Below are positions 9,903-17,880 of a DNA stretch of 18,470 bases, piece after piece. Each line of letters opens with the position of its first letter. The stretch's first letter is position 1. The stretch covers positions 1 through 18,470 of the forward strand of contig JBGPXN010000087.1 in NCBI GenBank assembly GCA_041492755.1, written 5' to 3'. Both the position numbers and the translations under genes were made by a program. The DNA comes from Candidatus Methylomirabilia bacterium (GTDB lineage: Bacteria > Methylomirabilota > Methylomirabilia > Rokubacteriales > CSP1-6). Below the pieces are notes generated by a model, which ran no database searches, was not told the DNA's origin, and saw nothing but the letters and a program-made list of their open reading frames with translations.

Positions 9903-10308
9903 ATGAACAGAGACCGGTTCGGCAACCCGCACGCGCCCGCGCTTCCGTACGCGCGCGGGCGCCTCCTCGCGAGCACCGAGGACGACTTCCGCAAGCTCCG
10001 CCGCGCGTGGAGCCTCATCCGCCGGCACGGCCTCGACTCCATCTTCGTCTTCACGGGCCTCGAACACGGGCTGGCGATGACGCTTCTGCATGATCCTTCT
10101 CCAAGACCACCGGATGCTGACGGTGCATTTCGTCGGCATGCCGCCGGGGACGGCCAACATCCTGTTCAAGTTCGTCCGACCGGAGACGCTCGATCGGTTC
10201 GGCGGAGGGGAGAAATTCGCGCAGGCGGTCGACGCGGCCGTCACCACGCTCGCGACGCTACTTCGTGAGCCCGAGTGCATCAATACCCTGCTGTTCGGCG
10301 ACGCCTGA
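9903..10308 (+). pseudogene. internally deleted, frameshifted gene; probably a SelA-like PLP-dependent enzyme
   Basis: SD AAGGAG before ATG 9903. N-terminus DRFGNPHAPALPYARG...TEDDFRKL...FTGLEHG stops looking coding at about 10080; the C-terminus MILLQDH..TVHFVGMPPGT..LFKF...FGG continues in another frame to the stop at 10308. Family call is from recollection; the PLP-binding core is missing. Confidence 0.55.
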
Positions 10309-10352
10309 AGCCCTGCTGCCCAGCGACGCTTGAAGGAGACGGAGACAACGCC

Positions 10353-11774
10353 ATGCTCGATCTCGTGATCCGCGGTGGACAGGTCGTGACCCCTCAAGGT
10401 GTGGGTGCGTGGGACGTCGGTGTCGAGGGCGAGCGCATCGTCGCCGTCGCCGCGCCCGGCACGCTGCCCGGCGAGGCCGGGCGCGCCATCGACGCCACCG
10501 GCAAGCTCGTCATCCCCGGCGGCATCGATCCGCACGTGCACACCCACTGGCCGATTCCGGCGCTGGGCGGCGGCCACACGACGAGCGCGCCGCCCGAGCA
10601 GGTGAGCCGCGCCGCCATCTTCGGCGGCACCACCACGCTCATCGACTTCGCGGTCTGGGAGCCGGGCATGACGATCGCGCGCGCGATCGAGGAGAAAGAG
10701 AAGGTCTGGCGCCAGGGCTATACGGACTACGGCCTGCACGTGATGCTGCAGGGCGCGGTTCCACCGGACGTCATCGACCAGATGCCGGAAGCCATCCAGG
10801 CCGGCTTCGCGAGCTTCAAGATCTTCACCACCGACGTGCGGCCCATCGGCAAGGGCCGCATGATCCGTCTCGGCCACCTGTGGGCCATCATGGAGACGGC
10901 GGCCAAGCACGGCGGCATTCTCGCCATCCACGCCGAGGACGACGACCTCGTCATGTACATGTACGAGCGCGTCGAGCGCGAGGGCCGCACCGACATCCAG
11001 CACATGCCGCTGGTCCACAGCGCCATGTCCGAGGACATCTCGTTCCGCCGCGTGCTGCGCCTGGCCCGCTACGTCGAGGGCGCCGCCGTGTACTTCGTGC
11101 ACGTGAGCGCCGGGGCGGGCGTCGAGGCCATCGCTGAGGCGCGCGGCGAGGGCCGGGCCATCTACGGCGAGACGTTGCACCACTACGCGACGTTCACCGC
11201 CGAGGTCTACCAGCGGCCCGACGGCGTGCAGTACCACACGTACCCCTCGCTGAAGCACGAGGAGGACCGCCAGCGCCTCTGGAGCGGGCTCAAGAACGGC
11301 ACGCTGAGCACCGTCGCCACCGACGAGCTGTGCACGCCGCGCGCGATCAAGGTGCGCAGCCGCCACGTCGCCGACGCCACCGGCGGCCACGTCGGCGTGG
11401 AGACGCGCGTGCCGATCATCTACACCGAGGGCGTGTCCAAGCGCAGTATGTCGCTCGAGCGCTTCGTCGCCGTCACGTCAACGAACGCGGCGAAGGTCCT
11501 CGGCCTCTACCCGCGCAAGGGCGTGATCGCCCCGGGCAGCGACGCCGACGTCGTCGTCTTCGACCCCACCGTCCGGCGCGCGCTCCGCTCCGAGGATCTG
11601 CACGGCTCCGACTACAGCGCGTGGGACGGCTGGGAGGTGCACGGCTGGCCGGCCGCGGTGATCCTGCGCGGCAAGGTGGTCGTCGAGAACGGCAAGCTCA
11701 GCGGTCAGGCGGGCGACGGCCGCCGCGTTCCGGGGAAGCTCGCCGCTGCCATCCAGGACGGCCCCGCCGTGTGA
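10353..11774 (+). CDS. dihydropyrimidinase/hydantoinase-family cyclic amidohydrolase
   Basis: LDLVIRGG, IDATGKLVIPGGIDPHVH (HxH), GGTTTLIDF, SFKIF (carboxylated Lys), IHAED, VHVS, VATDE, NAAKVLGLYPRKGVIAPGSDADVVVFDP. SD before ATG 10353. Confidence 0.92.
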   Translation: MLDLVIRGGQVVTPQGVGAWDVGVEGERIVAVAAPGTLPGEAGRAIDATGKLVIPGGIDPHVHTHWPIPALGGGHTTSAPPEQVSRAAIFGGTTTLIDFAVWEPGMTIARAIEEKEKVWRQGYTDYGLHVMLQGAVPPDVIDQMPEAIQAGFASFKIFTTDVRPIGKGRMIRLGHLWAIMETAAKHGGILAIHAEDDDLVMYMYERVEREGRTDIQHMPLVHSAMSEDISFRRVLRLARYVEGAAVYFVHVSAGAGVEAIAEARGEGRAIYGETLHHYATFTAEVYQRPDGVQYHTYPSLKHEEDRQRLWSGLKNGTLSTVATDELCTPRAIKVRSRHVADATGGHVGVETRVPIIYTEGVSKRSMSLERFVAVTSTNAAKVLGLYPRKGVIAPGSDADVVVFDPTVRRALRSEDLHGSDYSAWDGWEVHGWPAAVILRGKVVVENGKLSGQAGDGRRVPGKLAAAIQDGPAV

Positions 11775-11920
11775 AGCGGCGGATCCTGCGCCCTCAGCTC
11801 GCGTCCCAGCGTCAGAGTCCGCCGACCGGAGCGGCGCGAAGACCATTGAGCCCGTGGCGACGAAGAAGAGTTCGGTGTCCTGGCAAGCCGCTGGGGGCAC
11901 TGCCAGACCAGCCGGTGCTT

Positions 11921-13459
11921 TTATGCTTCGCCCGCGGCCTCAATTTTTAGGATCAGCGCTTCGACCGTGTCGGCTTCGCGCTGTCGGCCAAGCTGGCGCC
12001 ATCCAGCCTCGGCACGCCTGAGAACCGCGACCCCCTCGTCGCGGCGTCCAGTAGCGGCCAGGAGCGGGCCCCACGTGGTGCCGATCGCAGAAATCCCATC
12101 GAGCTGGCCCACCCGCTCTACAAGGAGATAGGCTTGCTCTAACAAGGGAAGAGCCTCGTGAACGTGGCCCTGGGCAACGTGAATGGTCGCGATGGACCAG
12201 AGAGCCGCGGCCTGCCGCACGGCATCGCCGAGGCGCTCGTAGACGGGCAACTCTTCCTCTTGGCGAATGCGCAGGGCCTCGTCGAACTGGCCCCGGACCG
12301 CCAGGATGCCGGCGATCCTGCCCTGGGTGATGGCGCGAGATCTGACATCGCCGAGGCGCTCGTAGACAGGTAACTCTTCCTCCTGGTGGATGCGCAGGGC
12401 CTCGTCGAGCTGGCCCCGGTCCTGGAGAATGTCGGCGATCTTTCCTTGGGTGATGGCGCGGGAGTGGACATCGCCCAGGCGCGCAAAGGCGGGCAACTCT
12501 TCCTCCTGGCGGATGCGCAGGGCCTCGTCGAGCTGGCCCCGGTCCTGGAGAATGTCGGCGATCTGGCCTCGGGTGACGGCGTGAGAGCGGACGTCGCCGA
12601 GGCGCTCGTAGACGGGCAACTCCTCCTCCTGACGGATGCGCAGGGCCTCGTCGAGCTGGCCCTGGGCCTGGAGAACGTCGGCGATCTTTCCCTGGGTGAT
12701 GGCACGGGAGCGGACATCACCCAGGCGCTCGTAGACGGGCAACTCTTCCTCTTGGCGGATGCGCAGGGCCTCGTCGAGCTCGCCGAGCAACTTCAAATGA
12801 TCTGCGATCTCGTCCCACCAGCCCGCGACGCTCGTGAGAATGGCTGGATCGGTCGCGTGTTGCTGAGCAGCGATTCGAGAGCGAAGCTCCTCGATGCGCT
12901 GCCGCCGCTCCTCGGCTGTCATGCGTGGGTCGGGGCCGGCCATCCACGTGCGAGACTCGAGCGGCCGGAAGTCGACGGGGGCCAGCTCGGGGAAAACGAT
13001 CGTGTCACTGCGCCAGTCGAAGAAATCCGGCGCCCCTCGCAGGAGCAGGCCGACGACTCGCTCCGGCACCCACAGGACGACCGGCCTGCCCACCGCCCCC
13101 GGCCATTCCGGCCGGCGCAGGTTGAGCGCTTCCAGGATCGGATACCGCGTGGCCGCGGCCTCGAGGGCGCGCTCGAGACCGAGGATCATCACTGGCCCCT
13201 GCGGAGGCCCGTCGACCTGCGCCTTGATTTCGGCCAGCAAGTCAGTGGTGTCGGCGGTGACACGAACGACGTGGACCGGTATGCCAGGCATCGAGTCCCG
13301 GATGACGCCGATGAGCCCCTCGCAGGTCGGTCGGCTGTTGCAGATTGCCAGGTAGAGCGCAAACCCGTCGGCGCGAGCCAGCCCACGCCGGAGGCTGCGG
13401 AGCCCCCCGCCGGCCGCCTCAGCGAGAGCGAGCGAAGCGGTCGAGGGTTCTGAGGACAG
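11921..13459 (-). CDS. TPR-repeat protein with an N-terminal alpha/beta (degenerate P-loop-like) domain; start uncertain (CTG 13459 proposed, first ATG 13291)
   Basis: The frame is open from 13462. Sequence upstream of the ATG looks protein-like (LRSLRRGLARADGFALYLAICN), followed by VMILGLE, LNLRR, PVVLWVP, APDFFDWRS, then 41-aa repeats and a capping TPR region. Confidence 0.85.
   Translation of the reverse strand: MSSEPSTASLALAEAAGGGLRSLRRGLARADGFALYLAICNSRPTCEGLIGVIRDSMPGIPVHVVRVTADTTDLLAEIKAQVDGPPQGPVMILGLERALEAAATRYPILEALNLRRPEWPGAVGRPVVLWVPERVVGLLLRGAPDFFDWRSDTIVFPELAPVDFRPLESRTWMAGPDPRMTAEERRQRIEELRSRIAAQQHATDPAILTSVAGWWDEIADHLKLLGELDEALRIRQEEELPVYERLGDVRSRAITQGKIADVLQAQGQLDEALRIRQEEELPVYERLGDVRSHAVTRGQIADILQDRGQLDEALRIRQEEELPAFARLGDVHSRAITQGKIADILQDRGQLDEALRIHQEEELPVYERLGDVRSRAITQGRIAGILAVRGQFDEALRIRQEEELPVYERLGDAVRQAAALWSIATIHVAQGHVHEALPLLEQAYLLVERVGQLDGISAIGTTWGPLLAATGRRDEGVAVLRRAEAGWRQLGRQREADTVEALILKIEAAGEA
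12224..12784 (-). repeat. 123-bp (41-aa) coding tandem repeat, about 4.6 near-identical TPR-like units
   Basis: gcagggcctcgtcga recurs at 12271, 12394, 12517, 12640 and 12763 (exact 123-bp period). Unit: GQLDEALRIRQEEELPVYERLGDVRSRAITQGKIADILQDR. Confidence 0.95.
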
Positions 13460-14744
13460 GGTTCACCTCGTACCACGGCGCGCCGTTCATGTACTCGAAC
13501 ACGTAGAGCAGGAAGAGCATTTGCTGGTGCAGATCGTCCTTGGGAATATCGTCCCGGGGATCGTCGAACGCCGCGAGCTTTGGCCACGCCTCGTCGGGCA
13601 CCTCCCGAAGGAGGCTGTTGGCGTAGTGGCGCACCGCCTGCTCGGCCGCCTTGCGCGTCAGCGGAAGCGCATCCTGGGCATTGCAGGCCGCCTGGACGAA
13701 CATCATGAGATGCCTGGGATGACCACCGCTCATCTCACAGAGGTAGTGGACCGTTCCATCACCGTCGAAGGCGTGGGCAAGAGAGATCTCCGCGAAATCG
13801 CAGCGAGCGGCGACGATGTCCCGCATGCGCTTCATCCCGGCGGTATCGGGCACCGGCACCGATCGTCCCTCGCCCCTCAGCTGGATCATCGGGACCGGCA
13901 CGTTGTGCTCGCCGAAGGTCTGCTCCAGGTGCGCGCACCGTGGCGAGTAGATGAGGGAGATGGGCACGGTGTAGACGGTGTGCGCGTCCAGCGAGGCGAG
14001 CTGCTCGCTCCGGTCGATGAAGAGGCGCTCGTGCGTGTTCGTGGCGCCATCGTCGAGCGGGCGCCGCACCAGCTTGTCGAGGCCGTCGATGATGAGGACC
14101 ACGCCTTCCCTGCCGCTGCTGCGGAGAGCAACGCGGGCGGCGCTCAGCAGATCGTTGAGGGCGTGCAGTAACGACGTGCTCTGGCGCTCGATCGCGTCAC
14201 GGAGCACGCTCCGGCGGTTCGGCCGATTCTTCAGCTCCAGCGTGAGCGTGCCGAAGGGGGTGTCGACCTCGCCTTCCCTGATGGCCACTTCGGTGCCCAG
14301 AAGCCCCCTGATGTCGTCCCAGACGCGCCGCATGTACGTCGTGACGACACTGAAGCCGGGGATCTGCACCGCCCGAAGTTGCTCCTGCACTGCGGCGGCG
14401 GTGAACACCAGAAGATCAGGGAAGTCGAGGTCATTGACGTCGAGCGCCTCACTGACGTCCATGTACACGACGAAGAATGGCGGGCCGCCCCGATCGGCCT
14501 CCAGGTGGCCCTTCAGCCGAAGAAGCTCGCTGGTCTTGCCGACGCCCCGGTGCCCCGCAAACAGCTTCACCTCGGGTCTGAGAGGCTCGGCCCGGCGGAG
14601 GCTTCGCTCGATAAGCTGGACGACGTTCTGGCCCCGCACGTCGTCGCAGTTGACGTAACGGGGGTCGCCCGGTGCGAGCGCGAGGCCTGGTTCGCACGCG
14701 CGGAAGAGGCGGGTGATCGGGTCGGGCTCCCGTGCCATCATCAC
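13419..14744 (-). CDS. P-loop ATPase (STAND/KAP-like, uncharacterised), partner of the TPR protein
   Basis: Walker A GHRGVGKT, Walker B VLIIDGLDK with a long helical insert between them, YTVPISL strand, SGGHPR (STAND-like GxP), winged-helix-like end VFEYMNGAPWYEVNPVL. Start GTG 14744 or ATG 14741/14738. Confidence 0.88.
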   Translation of the reverse strand: MMMAREPDPITRLFRACEPGLALAPGDPRYVNCDDVRGQNVVQLIERSLRRAEPLRPEVKLFAGHRGVGKTSELLRLKGHLEADRGGPPFFVVYMDVSEALDVNDLDFPDLLVFTAAAVQEQLRAVQIPGFSVVTTYMRRVWDDIRGLLGTEVAIREGEVDTPFGTLTLELKNRPNRRSVLRDAIERQSTSLLHALNDLLSAARVALRSSGREGVVLIIDGLDKLVRRPLDDGATNTHERLFIDRSEQLASLDAHTVYTVPISLIYSPRCAHLEQTFGEHNVPVPMIQLRGEGRSVPVPDTAGMKRMRDIVAARCDFAEISLAHAFDGDGTVHYLCEMSGGHPRHLMMFVQAACNAQDALPLTRKAAEQAVRHYANSLLREVPDEAWPKLAAFDDPRDDIPKDDLHQQMLFLLYVFEYMNGAPWYEVNPVLRTLDRFARSR

Positions 14745-14756
14745 GTGACCGACTCC

Positions 14757-14762
14757 ATTCTA
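14757..14762 (-). promoter_or_regulatory. putative -10 element (TAGAAT) for the ATPase-TPR pair
   Basis: TAGAAT 12 nt upstream of the GTG start. Confidence 0.4.
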
Positions 14763-14797
14763 GTCTGATCCGAAAAGACCGACCATCAAGCGTTTGC

Positions 14798-14878
14798 GAA
14801 CCCGGCGTCAGTGGTCAAGACGCCGTCGAGGACGGGCGTGTGGAAATGCACGTCAGGCTTCCGGGCGCGGCGAAAGCG
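14798..14878 (-). mobile_element. decayed fragment of an IS91-family (Y2/HUH rolling-circle) transposase
   Basis: Translates as RFRRARKPDVHFHTPVLDGV, with the same spacing as the IS91-type RFGxALNLNVHFHxLVLDGV HUH motif; only about 27 codons remain. Confidence 0.6.
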
Positions 14879-14884
14879 GGGGAG

Positions 14885-14983
14885 ACCCGGTACCATCTGC
14901 TGGTCAACCTCAAGACCGCCAAGGCGCTGGCGCTGACCATCGCGCCGTCGGTGCTGCTACGGGCCGACCAGCTGATCGAGTAG
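14885..14983 (+). pseudogene. C-terminal remnant of an ABC transporter substrate-binding protein (ABC_sub_bind type)
   Basis: TRYHLLVNLKTAKALALTIAPSVLLRADQLIE* matches the characteristic family end (INLKTAKALGLTIPxSLLxRADxVIE); the rest of the gene is missing. Confidence 0.8.
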
Positions 14984-15043
14984 CGATTTGCCGAATTCGA
15001 CGTAGCGACGCCGATGTCCCCGTGTTCGACTCCGGCTGTCCTG

Positions 15044-15610
15044 TCAGTCGAGGAGCTCGCTCAGAATGACGCCGTCCCACCGCGCCAGCAGCGGCGTCGC
15101 AAGGCGATCGGACAGTCCCAGGCGCTCCTCTCGCCATCCGTCGTTCGCGCGAACGAGCCGGAACAATTCACGCGCGGAGAGATCCGCGACCCAGTACTCC
15201 AGGGCGCCGCGGCGAAGGTATAAATCACGCTTGTCCACGAGGTCGCGCTGCCGATCAGCCTCGCCGCCGGACATGACCTCGACGACGATCTCGGGGCAGT
15301 GGCGCAGTTTTTCGCCGCGGGGCGGCCGCGGCACGCGGAGCAGGATTGCGAGATCCGGCGAGACGTTGTCGTCGCCCTCGTCGTCCCACACGAGGCCGGG
15401 CTCCTGGACGACGTGTCCGCCTAAGTCCAGCACCGCCGGGCCGATGCGGATCGTGAGACGCGCGAGAAACGCCTGGTGCTCGAACGATGGGCGTCGGGAC
15501 AGGTGGAGCACACCCGCGATCAGCTCGTAGCGCGTGTCCCATTCATGCGGCAGATCGTCGAGGTCACGGGCGCGAAGGCGCCGGTCGAGCCGGGTGACCG
15601 CAGCGTCCAT
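15044..15610 (-). CDS. Uma2/DUF820 family PD-(D/E)XK endonuclease-fold protein
   Basis: YELIAGVL...PSFEHQ, VSPDLAI, PEIVVEVMS, RDLVDKRDLY...GALEYWVAD, LATPLL. Confidence 0.9.
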   Translation of the reverse strand: MDAAVTRLDRRLRARDLDDLPHEWDTRYELIAGVLHLSRRPSFEHQAFLARLTIRIGPAVLDLGGHVVQEPGLVWDDEGDDNVSPDLAILLRVPRPPRGEKLRHCPEIVVEVMSGGEADRQRDLVDKRDLYLRRGALEYWVADLSARELFRLVRANDGWREERLGLSDRLATPLLARWDGVILSELLD

Positions 15611-15617
15611 GGGCCCG

Positions 15618-15623
15618 AGTCTA
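15618..15623 (-). promoter_or_regulatory. -10 element (TAGACT) for a probably leaderless Uma2 transcript
   Basis: TAGACT + 7 nt + ATG, with no SD; the hexamer includes the TAG stop of the upstream gene. Confidence 0.55.
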
Positions 15624-16449
15624 CTTCGACGCGGCCTCCTGAGCCCCGAGACGCCAGACCGCGCTCATGGGCAGGGCGTACATCTTCGGCCCGAAGGGAA
15701 GCCAGCTCTCGCCGCGGTAGAGCAGGATGCCGCGCTGAAAGCGCTTGCCGGTGGCCTGGGCGAGCTGGTGGAGGCCGCGGAAGTCGCTCTCGTTGACCAT
15801 CGTGGCGGCCTTGACCTCGATTCCCACAAGCCGTCCGCCCCGCGCTTCGAGCACGAAGTCCACCTCGTGGCCCTTCGCCGTCCGGAAGTGGAGGAGGTGC
15901 GGCTGCGTCCGGCTCCACGTGATCTGCTTCCTCAGCTCCGTCGCGACGAAGGTCTCCAGGAGGGGACCGGTGATCTGCGGGTCGGTCGCGAGGCGCTCGG
16001 GATCGATGCCCAGCAGGTAGAGCATCAGCCCGGTGTCGGTCAGGAAGGCCTTGGGCGCCTTCGCGAGCCGCTTGCCGATGTTATGGATCTCCATCCTGCC
16101 GGCGAGCGTGTCCGCGATCCCGGGAAGGAGCAGTACGTTGGCCGATCCCGTGAGCAAAAAGCGGCCGGGCCGGCGGTCGCGGTCGACCTCCCGCTTGATC
16201 GCGAGCAGCAGGTCCGGCGCCCGCTGGATCTCGTCGAGCACCACCGCGCCGGGGAGGCTTCGCACGAAGCCGGGAGGATCGCGTCGCGCGGCCGCCAGCC
16301 TCGTCAGGTCGTCGAGGGTGACGTACGTCGCCGGGTGCGGACCGGTCGCCAGCGCCGCGGCGAGCGTGGTCTTGCCCGCCTGCCGTGGCCCGTGCAGGAG
16401 GACCACCGCCGGTGGGCGAGGGCATCCACCGGCCCCGCGGAACGACCAT
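15621..16449 (-). pseudogene. AAA_14/DUF4143 ATPase paralogue with a frameshifted 5' end and a large in-frame internal deletion
   Basis: HGPRQAGKTT, VLDEIQRAP, FLLTGSA and LAGRMEI are joined directly to HNIGKRLAKAPK; about 135-140 residues present in the neighbouring paralogue are missing. VDALAH, matching ADALAH of the paralogue, lies in a different frame just upstream of GTG 16406. Confidence 0.8.
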
Positions 16450-16488
16450 CGAGGGGGAAGCGGGATGAGCGTGATTTCCGGGGCGCCG

Positions 16489-17742
16489 TCAGCTCGCGCC
16501 CCAGCGCCAGAGCGCGTCGATCGGCACGGCGTGGAGGCGGGGGCCGAAGGGAACCACGGTCTGACCCCGGTACAGGATGAGCCCCCGGTGAAATCGCTTG
16601 GGGCGATCCGCCTGGAGCGCCTGCAGGCCGCGCAGGTCGCTGGCCGAGATCGTGCTGCTGGCCTTCACTTCGATTCCCACGAGGTGCCCGGCGGGGCCCT
16701 CGAGGACGATGTCGACCTCGTGGCCGGCGTGGGAGCGGTAGTGGAACATGGTGGCCGGGGTGCGGTTCCACCCGAGCTCCTTGTGGATCTCCATCACGGC
16801 GAAGTTCTCCAACAGTGGGCCGAGCAGGGTTGGCCTCGCTCGAAGCCGTTCCGGACTGAGCTGGAGCAGGTGGGCCATGAGCCCGGTGTCGGTGAAGAAC
16901 AGCTTCGGTGTCTTAGCCAGCCGCTTGGTGGCGCTGCCGGACCAGGCCGGAATGCGCCGGGTCAGATAGAGCGCCTCGAAGAGCGCCAGGTGACGCCGGA
17001 CCGTGTTGTGGGGCAAGGCGCTGATCCGTGACAGCTCGGCGGTGTTGAGCAGCGACCCGCTTCGGGCCGCCAGCAGGTCGAGTAGGGGAGGGAGCACGGT
17101 CAGTTGCTCCAGCCGGGCCAGGTCACGGACGTCGCGTTCCAGCAGCGTCGTGACGTAGCCGCGGAACCAGGCGTCGCGGCGGCCATGCAACGCGGGCTCG
17201 GGAAACCCGCCGGTCAGCAGACGCTCGACGAGGTCGACGTGACGGCCGGACGCCGGCTTGAGGACCGGCGGGCCATCGCGGAACGCCGCGTCGACGAACC
17301 CCTCGCGAATTCCTCGCCGCTCGCCCTCGGACAGCGGCCAGAGCGTGAGGATCTCCATCCGTCCCACCAGCGCGTTGGCCAGCCGAGGGAGCAGCAGGAC
17401 GTTCGCCGATCCCGTCAGCAGGAATCGGCCGGGATGGCGGTCCCGATCGACCGCGACCTTGATGGCGCGGAACAGTTCCGGAGCTCGCTGGACCTCGTCG
17501 ATGACGACCGGAGTCGAGAGGCCCGCGACGAATCCCGTGGGGTCCCGTCGGGCCGCGGTCAGGACGCCGGCGTCGTCGAGGGTGAGGTACTCGCGGGACG
17601 CGCCTTCGTTCTCCACCAGGTGGCGGACCAGGGTGGTCTTGCCCGCCTGCCGGGGCCCGTTCACGAGGACCACCCGGGCGTGGGCGAGCGCGTCGGCAAT
17701 CCCTTCGTGGAGGTGCCTGCGGACGAGCGGATAATCTGCCAT
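16489..17742 (-). CDS. AAA+ ATPase (AAA_14) with C-terminal DUF4143/restriction-endonuclease-like domain
   Basis: NGPRQAGKTT, VIDEVQRAP, FLLTGSA, LVGRMEILTLWPLS, GGFPE, YVTTLLERDV, KTPKLFFTDTGL, LENF, EVDIVLE...GIEVK. Confidence 0.93.
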   Translation of the reverse strand: MADYPLVRRHLHEGIADALAHARVVLVNGPRQAGKTTLVRHLVENEGASREYLTLDDAGVLTAARRDPTGFVAGLSTPVVIDEVQRAPELFRAIKVAVDRDRHPGRFLLTGSANVLLLPRLANALVGRMEILTLWPLSEGERRGIREGFVDAAFRDGPPVLKPASGRHVDLVERLLTGGFPEPALHGRRDAWFRGYVTTLLERDVRDLARLEQLTVLPPLLDLLAARSGSLLNTAELSRISALPHNTVRRHLALFEALYLTRRIPAWSGSATKRLAKTPKLFFTDTGLMAHLLQLSPERLRARPTLLGPLLENFAVMEIHKELGWNRTPATMFHYRSHAGHEVDIVLEGPAGHLVGIEVKASSTISASDLRGLQALQADRPKRFHRGLILYRGQTVVPFGPRLHAVPIDALWRWGAS

Positions 17743-17769
17743 CTCGTGGCATATTTTACGCCACCGAGA
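17742..17769 (-). promoter_or_regulatory. -10 element (TAAAAT, 17753-17758) embedded in an imperfect inverted repeat
   Basis: Plus strand tctcgtggcata-ttt-tacgccaccgaga is a dyad centred on the -10 box, which lies 10 nt from the ATG. Confidence 0.5.
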
Positions 17770-17880
17770 GCGGCGAAAGTAGAGGAGCGTGGCCTCCGAT
17801 GCGACTCGTCGAAGACGACCTCGCCAGGCATGCTCTTCCCCGCATCGACCCGACGCCGGAGGCGTTCTTCAACGACCCTG

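Noticed and set aside
10078..10092. TGA upstream of MILLQDH as selenocysteine readthrough or a programmed frameshift
   Set aside because: Most of the protein core appears to be missing, so deletion explains it better; no SECIS or slippery site recognised.
11775..11920. Intergenic stretch between the amidohydrolase and the TPR gene as a gene remnant or terminator
   Set aside because: No frame gave a recognisable protein, and there is no convincing hairpin with a U-tract.
12224..12784. 123-bp repeats as a CRISPR array or DGR template/variable repeats
   Set aside because: Units are contiguous, in-frame coding repeats with no unique spacers, and there is no cas gene or reverse transcriptase in the window.
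14732..14983. 83-aa ORF as a real small protein
   Set aside because: It is a chance join of promoter DNA, the antisense of a transposase scar and the tail of a substrate-binding gene.
17795..17879. Minus-strand RVVEERLRRRVDAGKSMPGEVVFDE, faintly like the C-terminus of a ParD-type antitoxin
   Set aside because: Too short and degenerate to support; no start, DNA-binding domain or toxin gene nearby.
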